Assembly (NCBI GenBank): GCA_035387945.1
Contig: DAOOOX010000002.1
Location: forward strand, 139,282 to 203,281
Source of the DNA: Verrucomicrobiia bacterium
Lineage (GTDB): Bacteria > Verrucomicrobiota > Verrucomicrobiia > JADLBR01
Direction of reading: 5' to 3'
Length of the DNA stretch: 64,000 nucleotides
In this document: in pieces, positions 17,513 through 27,192 of the stretch
Position numbering within the stretch: the stretch's first letter is position 1
Layout: each line of letters opens with the position of its first letter
Program-made: the position numbers and the translations under genes
Notes under the pieces: generated by a model
Told to the model about the DNA's origin: nothing
Seen by the model: the letters and a program-made list of their open reading frames with translations, nothing else
The model's database searches: none

Positions 17513-20395
17513 ATGAAATCGGACATCCGGACAGACGCGTTCTGGCCGCCACGACGAAGCACGAGTGACACGAAGAGACGGCCCTCTTCGTGCGTCTTGT
17601 GCGCATTCGTGGCCATCCTCGCCGCCATTCCCGCCTCCGCCTCCGAGCCCTTCACCAGCACCTTCGAGGCCCAGCCTGCGCGCTTCATCCGCGTCATCAT
17701 CCGCGCCACCAGCCAAGGCCAGCCGTGCATCGATGAACTCGAACTCTTCGGTCCCGACGGGAAAACAAACCTCGCGCGCGCGTCGCGTGGCGCCAGGGCC
17801 ACCGCCTCCTCCAGCCTGCCCGGCCACGCCATCCACCGCATCGAGCACCTCAACGATGGCCTGTACGGCAACAGCCACAGCTGGATCGCGGCGACCACGG
17901 GCGAGGAATGGGCGCAGATCGAGCTGCCCGAACCCGCCCCCGTCGCAAAGATCGCCATCTCCCGCGACCGTGAGGACCAGTATGCCGACCGCGTGCCAAC
18001 CGCGCTAGACGTCCGGCTCTCCATGGACGGCGCGCACTGGCAGACGGTCGCGCAAATGATGAACCATGCGCCCGCCCGCACCGCGAAACGCCAAGCCCCA
18101 CCCTATAAGCCCCCCGCCGACATGCCCGAACCGATCACGTGGGACGGGCTCCTTCGCTACGCCTTCCTCTGCGAGAAGGCCACGTGGGAACGACTGGACC
18201 GCGAGGACCATCTCTCGCCCCTTAACGTCGAACGCCCCGCCTATCCCGGCGGCCCACCCTATTGGGGCCGCGTCGCCAAGCTTTCCCAAGCCCAACGCAC
18301 GCTGACGCTCCTGGAGGAAATGATCGATCGCCTCGGCAAGAAAGGCGTCGATGTGCTCGCCGAGCGCCAACAGCTCGCCACCCTGCGCGCGCGTCAGACC
18401 GCCGATGGCGACGCCGTGTACTTGGAGGCACGCCTCGCCAAGCGCCAGCTTATCTTCCGCGACCCCGACCTCGCATCACTGCAGCGCGTCCTCTTCGTCA
18501 AACGCCACCCATACCTTTCGTCCCACAACTACAGCGATGTGCTCGACTCGCAGTTCCGCCCCGGAGGCGGCATCTACCTGCTGGAGATTCCCCGCAGCCA
18601 CGGTCGCCTCATTCCCGAGGCCGCCAGACTGACAATCCTCTTCGACGCCACCGATGGCATCGCCCGGGATCCCATGGCGGACTTCGACGGCAAGAAGGTC
18701 TACTTCGCCTTCCGCCCCGATAAAGGCCCGGCCGACGACGCGGCAGCCTACTGGCACCTGTGGTCGGCGAACGCCGACGGGTCAGGCGCCCGGCAGTTGA
18801 CCGACGGTCCCTTCCACGATTACTACCCGTGCCCATTGCCAGACGGTGGACTTGCGTTCATCTCCACCCGCTGCCGCGCGCGCTTCCTCTGCTGGCGGCC
18901 GCAGGCATTTGTCCTGTTCCGCATGGATGCCGATGGTGGCGATATCAGGCCCCTGTCTTACGCCAACCTCAGCGAATGGTCGCCGACGGTGATGCGCGAT
19001 GGGCGCATCCTCTGGACACGCTCGGAATACATCGACAAGGGCGCGGACTTCGGCCACACGCTCTGGGCCATCCGACCCGACGGCACCCACCCCGAGCTGA
19101 TCTTCGGCAACAATACGCCAAACTGCTACATCAACGGCCGCCAGGTGCCCGGCACCCACGAGATCCTCTCCACGATCTTCTCACACGGCGGCGACCACAA
19201 CGGCCCGCTGGGTTTGATCGACCTTGCCAAGGCGAAGGGCCCCTCCGATGTCGATGCCATCACCAACATCACCCCCGACACCAGACCCCATTACAACATG
19301 AACTGGCCGCGGCACGAATGCTGGCGAGACCCCGTGCCGATGACCCGCGACTACTTCCTCGCCAGCCACGCCCCGGCCGACCGGTTCGGACTGTATCTCC
19401 TCGATCGCTTCGGCAACCGCGAACTGCTCTTCCTCGATCCCGCGATCGGCAGCATGTGCCCCTCGCCACTGCGGCCAGAACCAGCCCCCCCCAGGCTCGA
19501 GCATTCGGCGCCCCCGCTCGCGCAGGCGCAGGTCGGCGTGCTAACGGTGGCCGATGTCTACCAGGGCCTGGGGCCCGCCGTGCCCCGAGGCCAGGTGAAG
19601 TTTATCCGAGTGTGCCAAGAGGTCCGCGCCGATCTGCTCCGATTGCCCGACGGCTCGTATCAGAACGACCACAGTCCATTCCAGGATTGGTACGCCACGC
19701 CAATCCATAAAGTCAACGGCCCGAACGGTTGGCCAACCTACGTCGCAAAGGCCTCGCTCGGCCTGGCCCCGGTCGAGACCGATGGATCCGCCTGCTTCTA
19801 CGCGCCCGCAGGCAAGATCCTCTACTTTCAGGCCCTGGACAAAAACCTCAACGAACTTCAGCGGATGCGCAGCGTCGTCCAACTCCAGCCCGGCGAACAG
19901 CGCGGCTGCATCGGTTGCCACGAGGACCGACAAACCGCCGCCCCGGTGCGCCAGACAATGGCGTCGCGACGCCCGCCCAGCACGCTGGATCCACCCCCGT
20001 GGGGCGCCGTTCCATTCGCCTACGAGCGCGTCGTGCAACCCGTCTGGGATGCGAAATGCGTGCGTTGCCATGATGCCTCGCACGAGCGGGGCATCAACCT
20101 GACCGGCGCGCCAGATGCCGATCACGTTCCGACATCCTATCGCACGCTGATCGCCGGTGGGTGGGTCCACTACTTTGACATGACCTACCGTCTCCGCCAC
20201 ACGATGGCCCCGCCGATGTCGTTCGGCACCTTGCAGAGCAAGTTACTTCGGGTCATCGATGCCGGTCACCACGACGTGAAACTCACCCGCGACGAGACCC
20301 ACGCCGTCAAATGCTGGATCGACCTCAACTGTCCCCTCTGGCCCAACTACGAATACCGGCCCGAGCGCACCCCGCTCGCATCGGCCGCCCCATGA
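17513..20395 (+). CDS. Secreted di-heme-c beta-propeller protein (paralog D) with an N-terminal F5/8 type C (discoidin-like) domain
   Basis: Discoidin-like domain (ARFIRVIIRATSQGQPCIDELELFG...WQTV). Propeller repeats (WHLWSANADGSGARQLTDG; WTRSEYIDKG). CXXCH x2 (CIGCHEDR, CVRCHDAS). CWIDLNCP motif. The signal-like stretch VLCAFVAILAAIPASA suggests the true start may be a downstream TTG/GTG. Confidence 0.6.
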   Translation: MKSDIRTDAFWPPRRSTSDTKRRPSSCVLCAFVAILAAIPASASEPFTSTFEAQPARFIRVIIRATSQGQPCIDELELFGPDGKTNLARASRGARATASSSLPGHAIHRIEHLNDGLYGNSHSWIAATTGEEWAQIELPEPAPVAKIAISRDREDQYADRVPTALDVRLSMDGAHWQTVAQMMNHAPARTAKRQAPPYKPPADMPEPITWDGLLRYAFLCEKATWERLDREDHLSPLNVERPAYPGGPPYWGRVAKLSQAQRTLTLLEEMIDRLGKKGVDVLAERQQLATLRARQTADGDAVYLEARLAKRQLIFRDPDLASLQRVLFVKRHPYLSSHNYSDVLDSQFRPGGGIYLLEIPRSHGRLIPEAARLTILFDATDGIARDPMADFDGKKVYFAFRPDKGPADDAAAYWHLWSANADGSGARQLTDGPFHDYYPCPLPDGGLAFISTRCRARFLCWRPQAFVLFRMDADGGDIRPLSYANLSEWSPTVMRDGRILWTRSEYIDKGADFGHTLWAIRPDGTHPELIFGNNTPNCYINGRQVPGTHEILSTIFSHGGDHNGPLGLIDLAKAKGPSDVDAITNITPDTRPHYNMNWPRHECWRDPVPMTRDYFLASHAPADRFGLYLLDRFGNRELLFLDPAIGSMCPSPLRPEPAPPRLEHSAPPLAQAQVGVLTVADVYQGLGPAVPRGQVKFIRVCQEVRADLLRLPDGSYQNDHSPFQDWYATPIHKVNGPNGWPTYVAKASLGLAPVETDGSACFYAPAGKILYFQALDKNLNELQRMRSVVQLQPGEQRGCIGCHEDRQTAAPVRQTMASRRPPSTLDPPPWGAVPFAYERVVQPVWDAKCVRCHDASHERGINLTGAPDADHVPTSYRTLIAGGWVHYFDMTYRLRHTMAPPMSFGTLQSKLLRVIDAGHHDVKLTRDETHAVKCWIDLNCPLWPNYEYRPERTPLASAAP

Positions 20396-20401
20396 CGCCG
20401 C

Positions 20402-23400
20402 CTACTCCTCGAATGTCATGCGCAATCGGAAGAAGTGACGCGGGGCCGTGGCGGGGGAAGCCTCGCGCAAAATGACGGCCTCTCGATCGCCTGGCATCGG
20501 GGAACTCCCGTGCACGACCGACCCGCTCACGCACCATGACAACGGTCCGAGATCACCGCTCTCACAAAGCTCATATGCCACATCGAGGGCGTTGGCGGGG
20601 CGATAGAAGCGAAGCCCCGCATATCGCGCGCCGCCCTGATCGGCCCAAGTGAATGCCACCGGGTCCACATCCTTTACCCACGGGTCGCATCCCAGCGCAT
20701 ACTCCGCCCAGTTCACGCGCCCATCCCCGTCCGGATCGGCATACGGCCCCGATACCAGCGGATCCTCCCGCTCAAGCTCGCTGAAGTGGAAATTGTCCCA
20801 ACCCCGATAGGCCTGCGCCCAATAAGAGTCCCCCGTGCCCGGACTGCCCGACGCCGCCCCGCTGATCGCCCACTTGACGGCGTTGCCGAAGGCGTCGTAG
20901 GCGGTCGATGTCTCACGCAGCACCAGCGATCGGCCAGAACCGTCGGATGCCGGATACCACCCATCCTTGTACTCAAAATCCAGTATGTTCTCGCCAGAGA
21001 CATCGGTCAGCTCCAGCCGCTCTCCGCCGTTGTCCAGTTGGCCCTCGTACGGGCCAAACACGGGCACGCCCGCCGAGGGATAGCGCAGCGCAAATGCGGC
21101 CGGGTTCTTCGCGACGATCAGCCGCTGCCCCGCGCCGAGCGTTGCCGCCGGAAAGGTGAACACGATGCCCTGTGAAAAATACGCGCCCGTGAGCGTCAGG
21201 ATGGTCGCCCCCGTATTCATCAGCTCCAGATACTCGAAATCATCATCCCTCACGCCCACGATCGCCTGCGCTTCCGCCGCCGTTGGATCCGCGGGATGGT
21301 ACTGGATCTCCGTGATGCGCAGCCACCGTTGCGTTGGCAGCGGCGCGCCATCGTACGAATAACTGGCGATCAGGGTGCCCCGGTCATCGCGAAGGTTCAG
21401 CGTCCCGCCGCGCGCCGACAACTGCCCCTGATAGTTGCCCTGCACAAGACGCCGCTGCCCGCCCGTGGGACCGGAAGTCCGGGATCGAAAAGCGTGCGCA
21501 TCCTTCACCAGGTGCAGCAGCCCCTGATAGAAGACGTTCGTCGGCGGCGGGATCACCGTGCCTCCCTTGAAGACATGCCGGACCTCCCCATCCACGGTCC
21601 AATCCGACATGTCCACCGCCTGCGTCGTCATGTTGCGCAAGATCACATACTCCTCCGCCTGCGTGCCGCCCGCGGGCAGGAAATCCAGCGAGTCGAACGT
21701 CACCATGCCGGGGTAATTGACCTGCGGCGTGTTGGGCAGCGGCGTCCCCCTGATCGTCGGCCGCCCGGCCCCTGTGTTGAAAAGATAGGACCGGCGCGGA
21801 CCGACATAGTCGCTGATGACGCGCTCGACCTCCTCGCGCGGCCGGTTCGGAACGAAGTTCGTGTGGAATCCCCACCGCGCGGCGTCCAGATCGCCATCCG
21901 TCCACGGCGAGGGATTCGCCGGATCGGGGTCCACCGACGCGGCGATCGCCCGCATTTGCGTCTCGAAAATCCCGTTGGTCGTGCCCGGCGGCTGCATCAG
22001 CGCATCCATCAGCGTCCGCATGCGCCGCACGTACATCTGCCGCATCTCGAGAGACTCGTACACGACCGAATACAATCTGTTGTAGCCGCGCTCCAGCGTG
22101 TTGTTGGTGACCAGGGTGTCATTGAAATAACCCCCGTTTGTCCCACCGTAATTATGCCCGTGGGAGAGATCCACGTCCCAGATGATGGGCTGCCATTCGC
22201 GGCTGCCATCGCTGTCGCGATAGAGATAGTAGTTCTTGTGGCCGTGGTCGCCGTCGCTGTTCAGCGAGCGAACGGCGAAATAGTTGATCGCCGCAGGTAT
22301 GTCGATGTTGTCATAGGCGTAGGTCTGCCGCACGGACAACGTAATGTTGGTATCGAGGGCGTCATAGAGCGACTGGAGGTCGGTGTTGTCCTCTTCCTCG
22401 CGAGACTTCTTCTCGACGTTCACCACGAAGTTTGTCGAGTAGATCTTGTAGAGCGCCCCGGCCGGATCGAGCCCGTTGCGCTCGAGCATGCCCTCGTCAC
22501 CATTCTCCACCATGTCCAACACGCCATGAAATACGCCGTTCAGATGCACCCGCACCGGAAAGGCGTAATGATACGGCGTTCCCCCCACCAGCCCCACCCA
22601 GTGGGACAACGTGTTCCGCACCTTCGTCTTGTCGGCATAGTTTGACAGCAGGTTCAGGTCCTTCACCCGCTTCTCACCGTCCCGCCAAAGGAACCGGTGG
22701 TTCGAATTGAAATCGAAATCGTAGCTCTTCTTGGGAAACCCGGAGGTGGTCTGGCCGTGGATCTCGTGCCCGATGTTGTCGTAGAACCTGTCCAGATAAT
22801 AACAGGAACCCCTGAACGCGGCGGCGGTCGGGCCATTTGTTGGCGACCCTGACACGAACCACAGGAGCACCGGCAACTGGCTCGACGCTGTTGTGCCATC
22901 AACCGCGACAGTCCCGAAATACTGCGGCGAATCGTTCGTGTTGGCGTAGGTCGGCAGTTTCGTGATGACCCCCTGAGTGTCCTGCGCCTCGAAACGCCAG
23001 CGGAACATCTGGCCCGGCCCCGGACCGACGGTCGGCAGAGATGCCGAAAAGACCCCGTCCCCCGCCACCGCATCCGGCGGAACGCCATCGTCCTGAAGCA
23101 CCTGCGGGGCGGACTCGGCATTCCACATGGTGCGGGTGTATGCCCGGACCACCGCCACCGGATCCTTGGTCTTGATCACACGCACCGTGACGCCCAACGG
23201 CGGACTCGATGCGTTTCCGAGTGGGCGCGGGACGTCGGGATCGGTCGGCGTCGCTCCGAACAGAAGCGGGCCCGCCGTCGCGATCCCATTTGGCGCCCCT
23301 GGAGTCGGCTCGCTGAAATAGCCCGTCAAGGAGGGCGTGTGCGGGGCCTTTCCCACGACCTCGGGCAGCAGCAAAAAATCCGAACTCGTGGTGGCCACGT

Positions 23401-24421
23401 TCAATCCCTGCACGGCCAGCAGATTTGTCCCCGCGACCAGAAGCGCGTTGGATATCCCAAACTCGGTCCAGGTGTTGACGAGCGCCTCGTTCAACGCGAC
23501 ATCGGCCCTCGTATTATAGGCCATCGCGTTCGTGCAGTTGGCACGCGCCACCTCGGCCCCATTGATGTAGGCCACAAAGCCGTCTTCATATTTCATGCGC
23601 AGCTTGAACGAGAGGAATTGCCCTGGCGAAGATACGACGAAGGTTCTTCGGAAACAGAGGGAGGTGTTCGTGTATCGGAAGGCACCCAGGCAGTCCCCCG
23701 ACGGAGACACTCCGATCCAGGGCGTCAAACTGCCCGCCGTGTCATAACCGATTCCGGTCGCGGCGGACCGCCACGAACCGTCGCCATACGATGGGCTCAC
23801 ATTCCAGCCACCGGGCTTGCCGTGCCCGATCTGACCCGACGCGTAATTCGTCCCGAAATACACCGCGTCCCCTTCGGCCGACGAAAGGACCCGGAAACGC
23901 CCGACGTCTCCCGATGCGATAAAGTTCGTCTCCGGTTCGGAGAACGTCCGCCCATACGACACATCCGGCGGCTGAACGGGAAACCCGGGCGCTAGCTCAT
24001 CCACGAGAACTGGCTGACCATTGGTCGGATCCGGCCTGTACAGCCCCAGATACTCGCCATTCTTTGATAGGCTGAAACTCGTGTGCAGGGGCGCTGCGGG
24101 ATTGGTCCGATTCTTGCCCGATGCCCATACAAAAAGCGTCCCCTTGGCCGGCACGCTGACATTGGGCAGGCGCCACTGCGTCTTGTTGTCGACCTTGTCA
24201 GTAAGCCACCAGCCATCGAGGTTTACCGCCCCATCACCCGCGTTGTACAACTCCAACCAATCTTGGCGCGAGCCGTCCTCATCCTCGATGCCGGTCGTAT
24301 TGTCGGCGAGTAGTTCGGATATATAGATGTCCGCCCGCGAACGGTCTGCCCCCCTCCCCATCATCAATAGGGCCAAGACGAAACTTGCTTTGCGGGCTCC
24401 CAGGGCAAATCTGATCCCCAT
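20402..24421 (-). CDS. Secreted CotH-kinase-family protein with two lamin-tail domains (LTD)
   Basis: Signal peptide from the internal M (MGIRFALGARKASFVLALLMM); the track ORF starts at 24472. LTD 1: IYISELLADNT...DWLELYNAGDGAVNLDGWWLTD. CotH core: YHYAFPVRVHLNG...KNYYLYRDSDGSREWQPIIWDVDLSHGHNYG. LTD 2: RITEIQYHPADP...FEYLELMNTGATILTLTGAYF. C-terminus carries a calcium-binding-like DPDGDGRVNWAEY. Confidence 0.7.
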   Translation of the reverse strand: MGIRFALGARKASFVLALLMMGRGADRSRADIYISELLADNTTGIEDEDGSRQDWLELYNAGDGAVNLDGWWLTDKVDNKTQWRLPNVSVPAKGTLFVWASGKNRTNPAAPLHTSFSLSKNGEYLGLYRPDPTNGQPVLVDELAPGFPVQPPDVSYGRTFSEPETNFIASGDVGRFRVLSSAEGDAVYFGTNYASGQIGHGKPGGWNVSPSYGDGSWRSAATGIGYDTAGSLTPWIGVSPSGDCLGAFRYTNTSLCFRRTFVVSSPGQFLSFKLRMKYEDGFVAYINGAEVARANCTNAMAYNTRADVALNEALVNTWTEFGISNALLVAGTNLLAVQGLNVATTSSDFLLLPEVVGKAPHTPSLTGYFSEPTPGAPNGIATAGPLLFGATPTDPDVPRPLGNASSPPLGVTVRVIKTKDPVAVVRAYTRTMWNAESAPQVLQDDGVPPDAVAGDGVFSASLPTVGPGPGQMFRWRFEAQDTQGVITKLPTYANTNDSPQYFGTVAVDGTTASSQLPVLLWFVSGSPTNGPTAAAFRGSCYYLDRFYDNIGHEIHGQTTSGFPKKSYDFDFNSNHRFLWRDGEKRVKDLNLLSNYADKTKVRNTLSHWVGLVGGTPYHYAFPVRVHLNGVFHGVLDMVENGDEGMLERNGLDPAGALYKIYSTNFVVNVEKKSREEEDNTDLQSLYDALDTNITLSVRQTYAYDNIDIPAAINYFAVRSLNSDGDHGHKNYYLYRDSDGSREWQPIIWDVDLSHGHNYGGTNGGYFNDTLVTNNTLERGYNRLYSVVYESLEMRQMYVRRMRTLMDALMQPPGTTNGIFETQMRAIAASVDPDPANPSPWTDGDLDAARWGFHTNFVPNRPREEVERVISDYVGPRRSYLFNTGAGRPTIRGTPLPNTPQVNYPGMVTFDSLDFLPAGGTQAEEYVILRNMTTQAVDMSDWTVDGEVRHVFKGGTVIPPPTNVFYQGLLHLVKDAHAFRSRTSGPTGGQRRLVQGNYQGQLSARGGTLNLRDDRGTLIASYSYDGAPLPTQRWLRITEIQYHPADPTAAEAQAIVGVRDDDFEYLELMNTGATILTLTGAYFSQGIVFTFPAATLGAGQRLIVAKNPAAFALRYPSAGVPVFGPYEGQLDNGGERLELTDVSGENILDFEYKDGWYPASDGSGRSLVLRETSTAYDAFGNAVKWAISGAASGSPGTGDSYWAQAYRGWDNFHFSELEREDPLVSGPYADPDGDGRVNWAEYALGCDPWVKDVDPVAFTWADQGGARYAGLRFYRPANALDVAYELCESGDLGPLSWCVSGSVVHGSSPMPGDREAVILREASPATAPRHFFRLRMTFEE

Positions 24422-24700
24422 GGACCTGCTGCGGACCGCATGTCTGGCTCGGCCCAATGCCACCATATTCATACGTTTTCATAACGCGCGTTCAAAGTCG
24501 AGGAGAAGCATGCCCCGCTGATGGCGAGGATGCTCATAAAGGGCGAGAACCTCGCATTGCAAGACTCCGCCCAAATCGGAACCTCCTGCGCCACAGCAAC
24601 CTCTGTCCCATGGGCCGACCCCCGATCTCGGCTTCACCACCGGATCCCACGACACCGGGTTGCCGTTGCCTCAAGCCTCCCCCTCCGCTATGGGTGAGGC

Positions 24701-26203
24701 ATGGCTTCTTTCTTCATCACTACGGCCATTGACTACGTCAACGGCTTGCCCCATCTCGGGCACGCCTACGAGAAGGTCTTGGCGGACGCCGTGGCTCGCT
24801 GGCACAGGTCCCGCGGCGACGATGTCTTCTTCCTCACCGGCGTCGATGAGCACGGCCAAAAGGTCCAGCAATCCGCCCAAAAACGAGGCATTGAACCCAA
24901 GGCTTTCTGCGACGAGATGAGCGGGCACTTCCGCCGTCTCTGCGAGGGGCTCGGCACCAGCCACGACCGATTCGCCCGGACCACCGAGAATTCGCACAAG
25001 CGCGTCGTCCGACAATTCCTCCAGCAACTCCACGACGCCGGAGACATTTACTTCGAGCAACACGAGGGCTTCTACTCCGTTCGCCAGGAGCAGTTCGTCA
25101 CCGAAAAGGACATGGTCGATGGCCAGTGGCCCGAGATCTTTGGAGAAGTCCTGAGCATGAAAGAGCCCAATTATTTCTTCCGGCTCTCCAAGTATCAGGA
25201 TTGGCTCCGAAAGCACGCGGAAGACCACCCGGACTGGATTTACCCCGCCTTCCGGCGCAACGAGGTCCTCGGGGCACTGGAGAAGCCCCTCGGTGACCTG
25301 TGCATCTCCCGCCCCAAGAGCCGCCTCGCCTGGGGCATACCCCTGCCCTTCGACGAGGACTACGTAACCTACGTCTGGTTCGACGCGCTCGTGAACTACG
25401 TGTCATTCTCGGGCTGGGGAGAACCCGGATGCCGGTGGCCCGCCGACGTCCACACGATCGGGAAAGATATACTAGTGCCCGCCCACGGCATCTACTGGCC
25501 CATCATGCTCAGGGCCCTCGGCATCGAGCAGCCCAAGCACTTCCTGGTGCACGGATGGTGGCACCTCCGCGGCGAGAAGATGAGCAAGACCACCGGCAAC
25601 GTCATCGATCCCCTCGAGCTAGTTGACCGCTACGGCGCCGACGCCTTCCGCTATTACGTCCTCCGCGAAATGACCGTCGGCCAGGACGCCGACTTCTCTC
25701 CAGAGAATTTCGCCACCCGCTACCGAAGCGACCTCGGCAACGATTTCGGCAACCTTGTCAACCGCGCCATCTCCATGATCCGGCGCTACCGCGCTGGCAT
25801 CGTCCCCGCTGCGGCCATCGAACCGGTCGTCAAAGAGGCCATCTCAGAGGCCCGAAACGGTGTCGCCGAGGCCATGGACAATTTCGAGACCCACCGCGCC
25901 CTCGAGCGCATCGCGCGCCTCACCCAGCGCGGCAACCAATTCGTCGACGAGCGTGCCCCATGGAAACTCGCAAAAGACCCGGCGCAGACAGCCGCCCTTG
26001 ACTCCGTGCTCGCCACCCTCGCGGAAACCGTCCGCATCCTCAGCATCCTCGTCGAGCCCTTCCTGCCATCCACCGCCGGACGCATCCAGCAGCAACTCGG
26101 CATGGACCAGCGGGAAACCCGGTTCGACGCGTCAACCCCGGATGGTCTCCTCGCCGGTCGCGCCGTCGGCGAACCCCAGCCCCTCTTTCCTAGGATGGAA
26201 TAG
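24701..26203 (+). CDS. metG: Methionyl-tRNA synthetase (short form, no C-terminal tRNA-binding extension)
   Basis: HIGH motif (LPHLGHAY) and KMSKS motif (KMSKTTGN) are present, with MetRS-like sequence throughout. ATG 24701 verified. Confidence 0.9.
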   Translation: MASFFITTAIDYVNGLPHLGHAYEKVLADAVARWHRSRGDDVFFLTGVDEHGQKVQQSAQKRGIEPKAFCDEMSGHFRRLCEGLGTSHDRFARTTENSHKRVVRQFLQQLHDAGDIYFEQHEGFYSVRQEQFVTEKDMVDGQWPEIFGEVLSMKEPNYFFRLSKYQDWLRKHAEDHPDWIYPAFRRNEVLGALEKPLGDLCISRPKSRLAWGIPLPFDEDYVTYVWFDALVNYVSFSGWGEPGCRWPADVHTIGKDILVPAHGIYWPIMLRALGIEQPKHFLVHGWWHLRGEKMSKTTGNVIDPLELVDRYGADAFRYYVLREMTVGQDADFSPENFATRYRSDLGNDFGNLVNRAISMIRRYRAGIVPAAAIEPVVKEAISEARNGVAEAMDNFETHRALERIARLTQRGNQFVDERAPWKLAKDPAQTAALDSVLATLAETVRILSILVEPFLPSTAGRIQQQLGMDQRETRFDASTPDGLLAGRAVGEPQPLFPRME

Positions 26204-26222
26204 GGGCAACCGCCGATCGCCG

Positions 26223-27146
26223 TCAGCAGGAACGCCGCCGGCGCAGCCACCCCACCAGCAGGCAGCATGCCACAAGCAACGCCGCCGTCGCCCCCGGCTC
26301 CGGAATCAGCCCCAGCGTATAGCCATCGGCCTCGAGGATGGACTGAATCTGCGAAATGTAATTCGGCATGAATGTGTCGTATGTCGCGGGGTAGCCGCCC
26401 ACGTCACCAACCAGATAGTGCGTGCCCAGAAGGGCCAGCGTCGACCCCACCAACGTGAACGAAGGGCTCCCCGAATCGCCCGGTTGCCCGTAGGCCTCCC
26501 CCGTCGCCGGATACTGATCGTACCAGAAAACCGGGTTTCCCAAGAATTCGTCGAAACCCCCGAATACGTTCGTCCCCACGGATATTCCGACGGGAACATT
26601 GATGTTCGTGCCGCCCTCGGGTCGGTAACCGTACACCCGCATGGGAAGACCCACGTAGCTGTTCGTGGACGGCAGGTCCATCACCGCATAGCTCATTATG
26701 TTGCTCGCCGATGGAATGGGCGTCGTCAACTCGCCCACGTATAGATCCGAGTTGGATCCGGTGACGGGATCAGTCAAATAATTGATGGTCGACGACACGC
26801 CAAACGTCATCGTCTCGCCATTCGAGTTCATGAAACTCAGCTGCCCGCTCACCGGGAAGTGAGCCGCCGCCACGAAGTGCGTGGGGCTGATCATCGCCAC
26901 CGACTTCCGCGGGTCGCTGACGTTCCACCCCACCCCAGACCAATCCAACGATGCGAACCAAAAATCCGTGTTGTTGGTCGGCGATGACGGATAGGTCCCC
27001 GGCAGGAACCGGTCATTGATCGTGTTGCTGTAGTTGACGATATCAAGCGCCACGACCGGTCGCGCCAGCGCAAGAACAGCGCCCAAGACCGCAAGCAGGC
27101 GGCACCCGGAATGAGCCCTCACACCCAAGATATCTACCAGATCCAC
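26223..27146 (-). CDS. PEP-CTERM-anchored trypsin-like (S1-family) serine peptidase domain protein
   Basis: An N-terminal signal peptide is present. His motif HFVAAAHF (TAAHC-like) and Ser motif GQPGDSGSPSF (GDSGGP-like). C-terminal PEP-CTERM sorting signal IPEPGATAALLVACCLLVGWLRRRRSC. Confidence 0.6.
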   Translation of the reverse strand: MDLVDILGVRAHSGCRLLAVLGAVLALARPVVALDIVNYSNTINDRFLPGTYPSSPTNNTDFWFASLDWSGVGWNVSDPRKSVAMISPTHFVAAAHFPVSGQLSFMNSNGETMTFGVSSTINYLTDPVTGSNSDLYVGELTTPIPSASNIMSYAVMDLPSTNSYVGLPMRVYGYRPEGGTNINVPVGISVGTNVFGGFDEFLGNPVFWYDQYPATGEAYGQPGDSGSPSFTLVGSTLALLGTHYLVGDVGGYPATYDTFMPNYISQIQSILEADGYTLGLIPEPGATAALLVACCLLVGWLRRRRSC

Positions 27147-27192
27147 CCGGCGCCCGCAACTCCCTCCCGGCGCACCATGCCGTGACCCGGCC

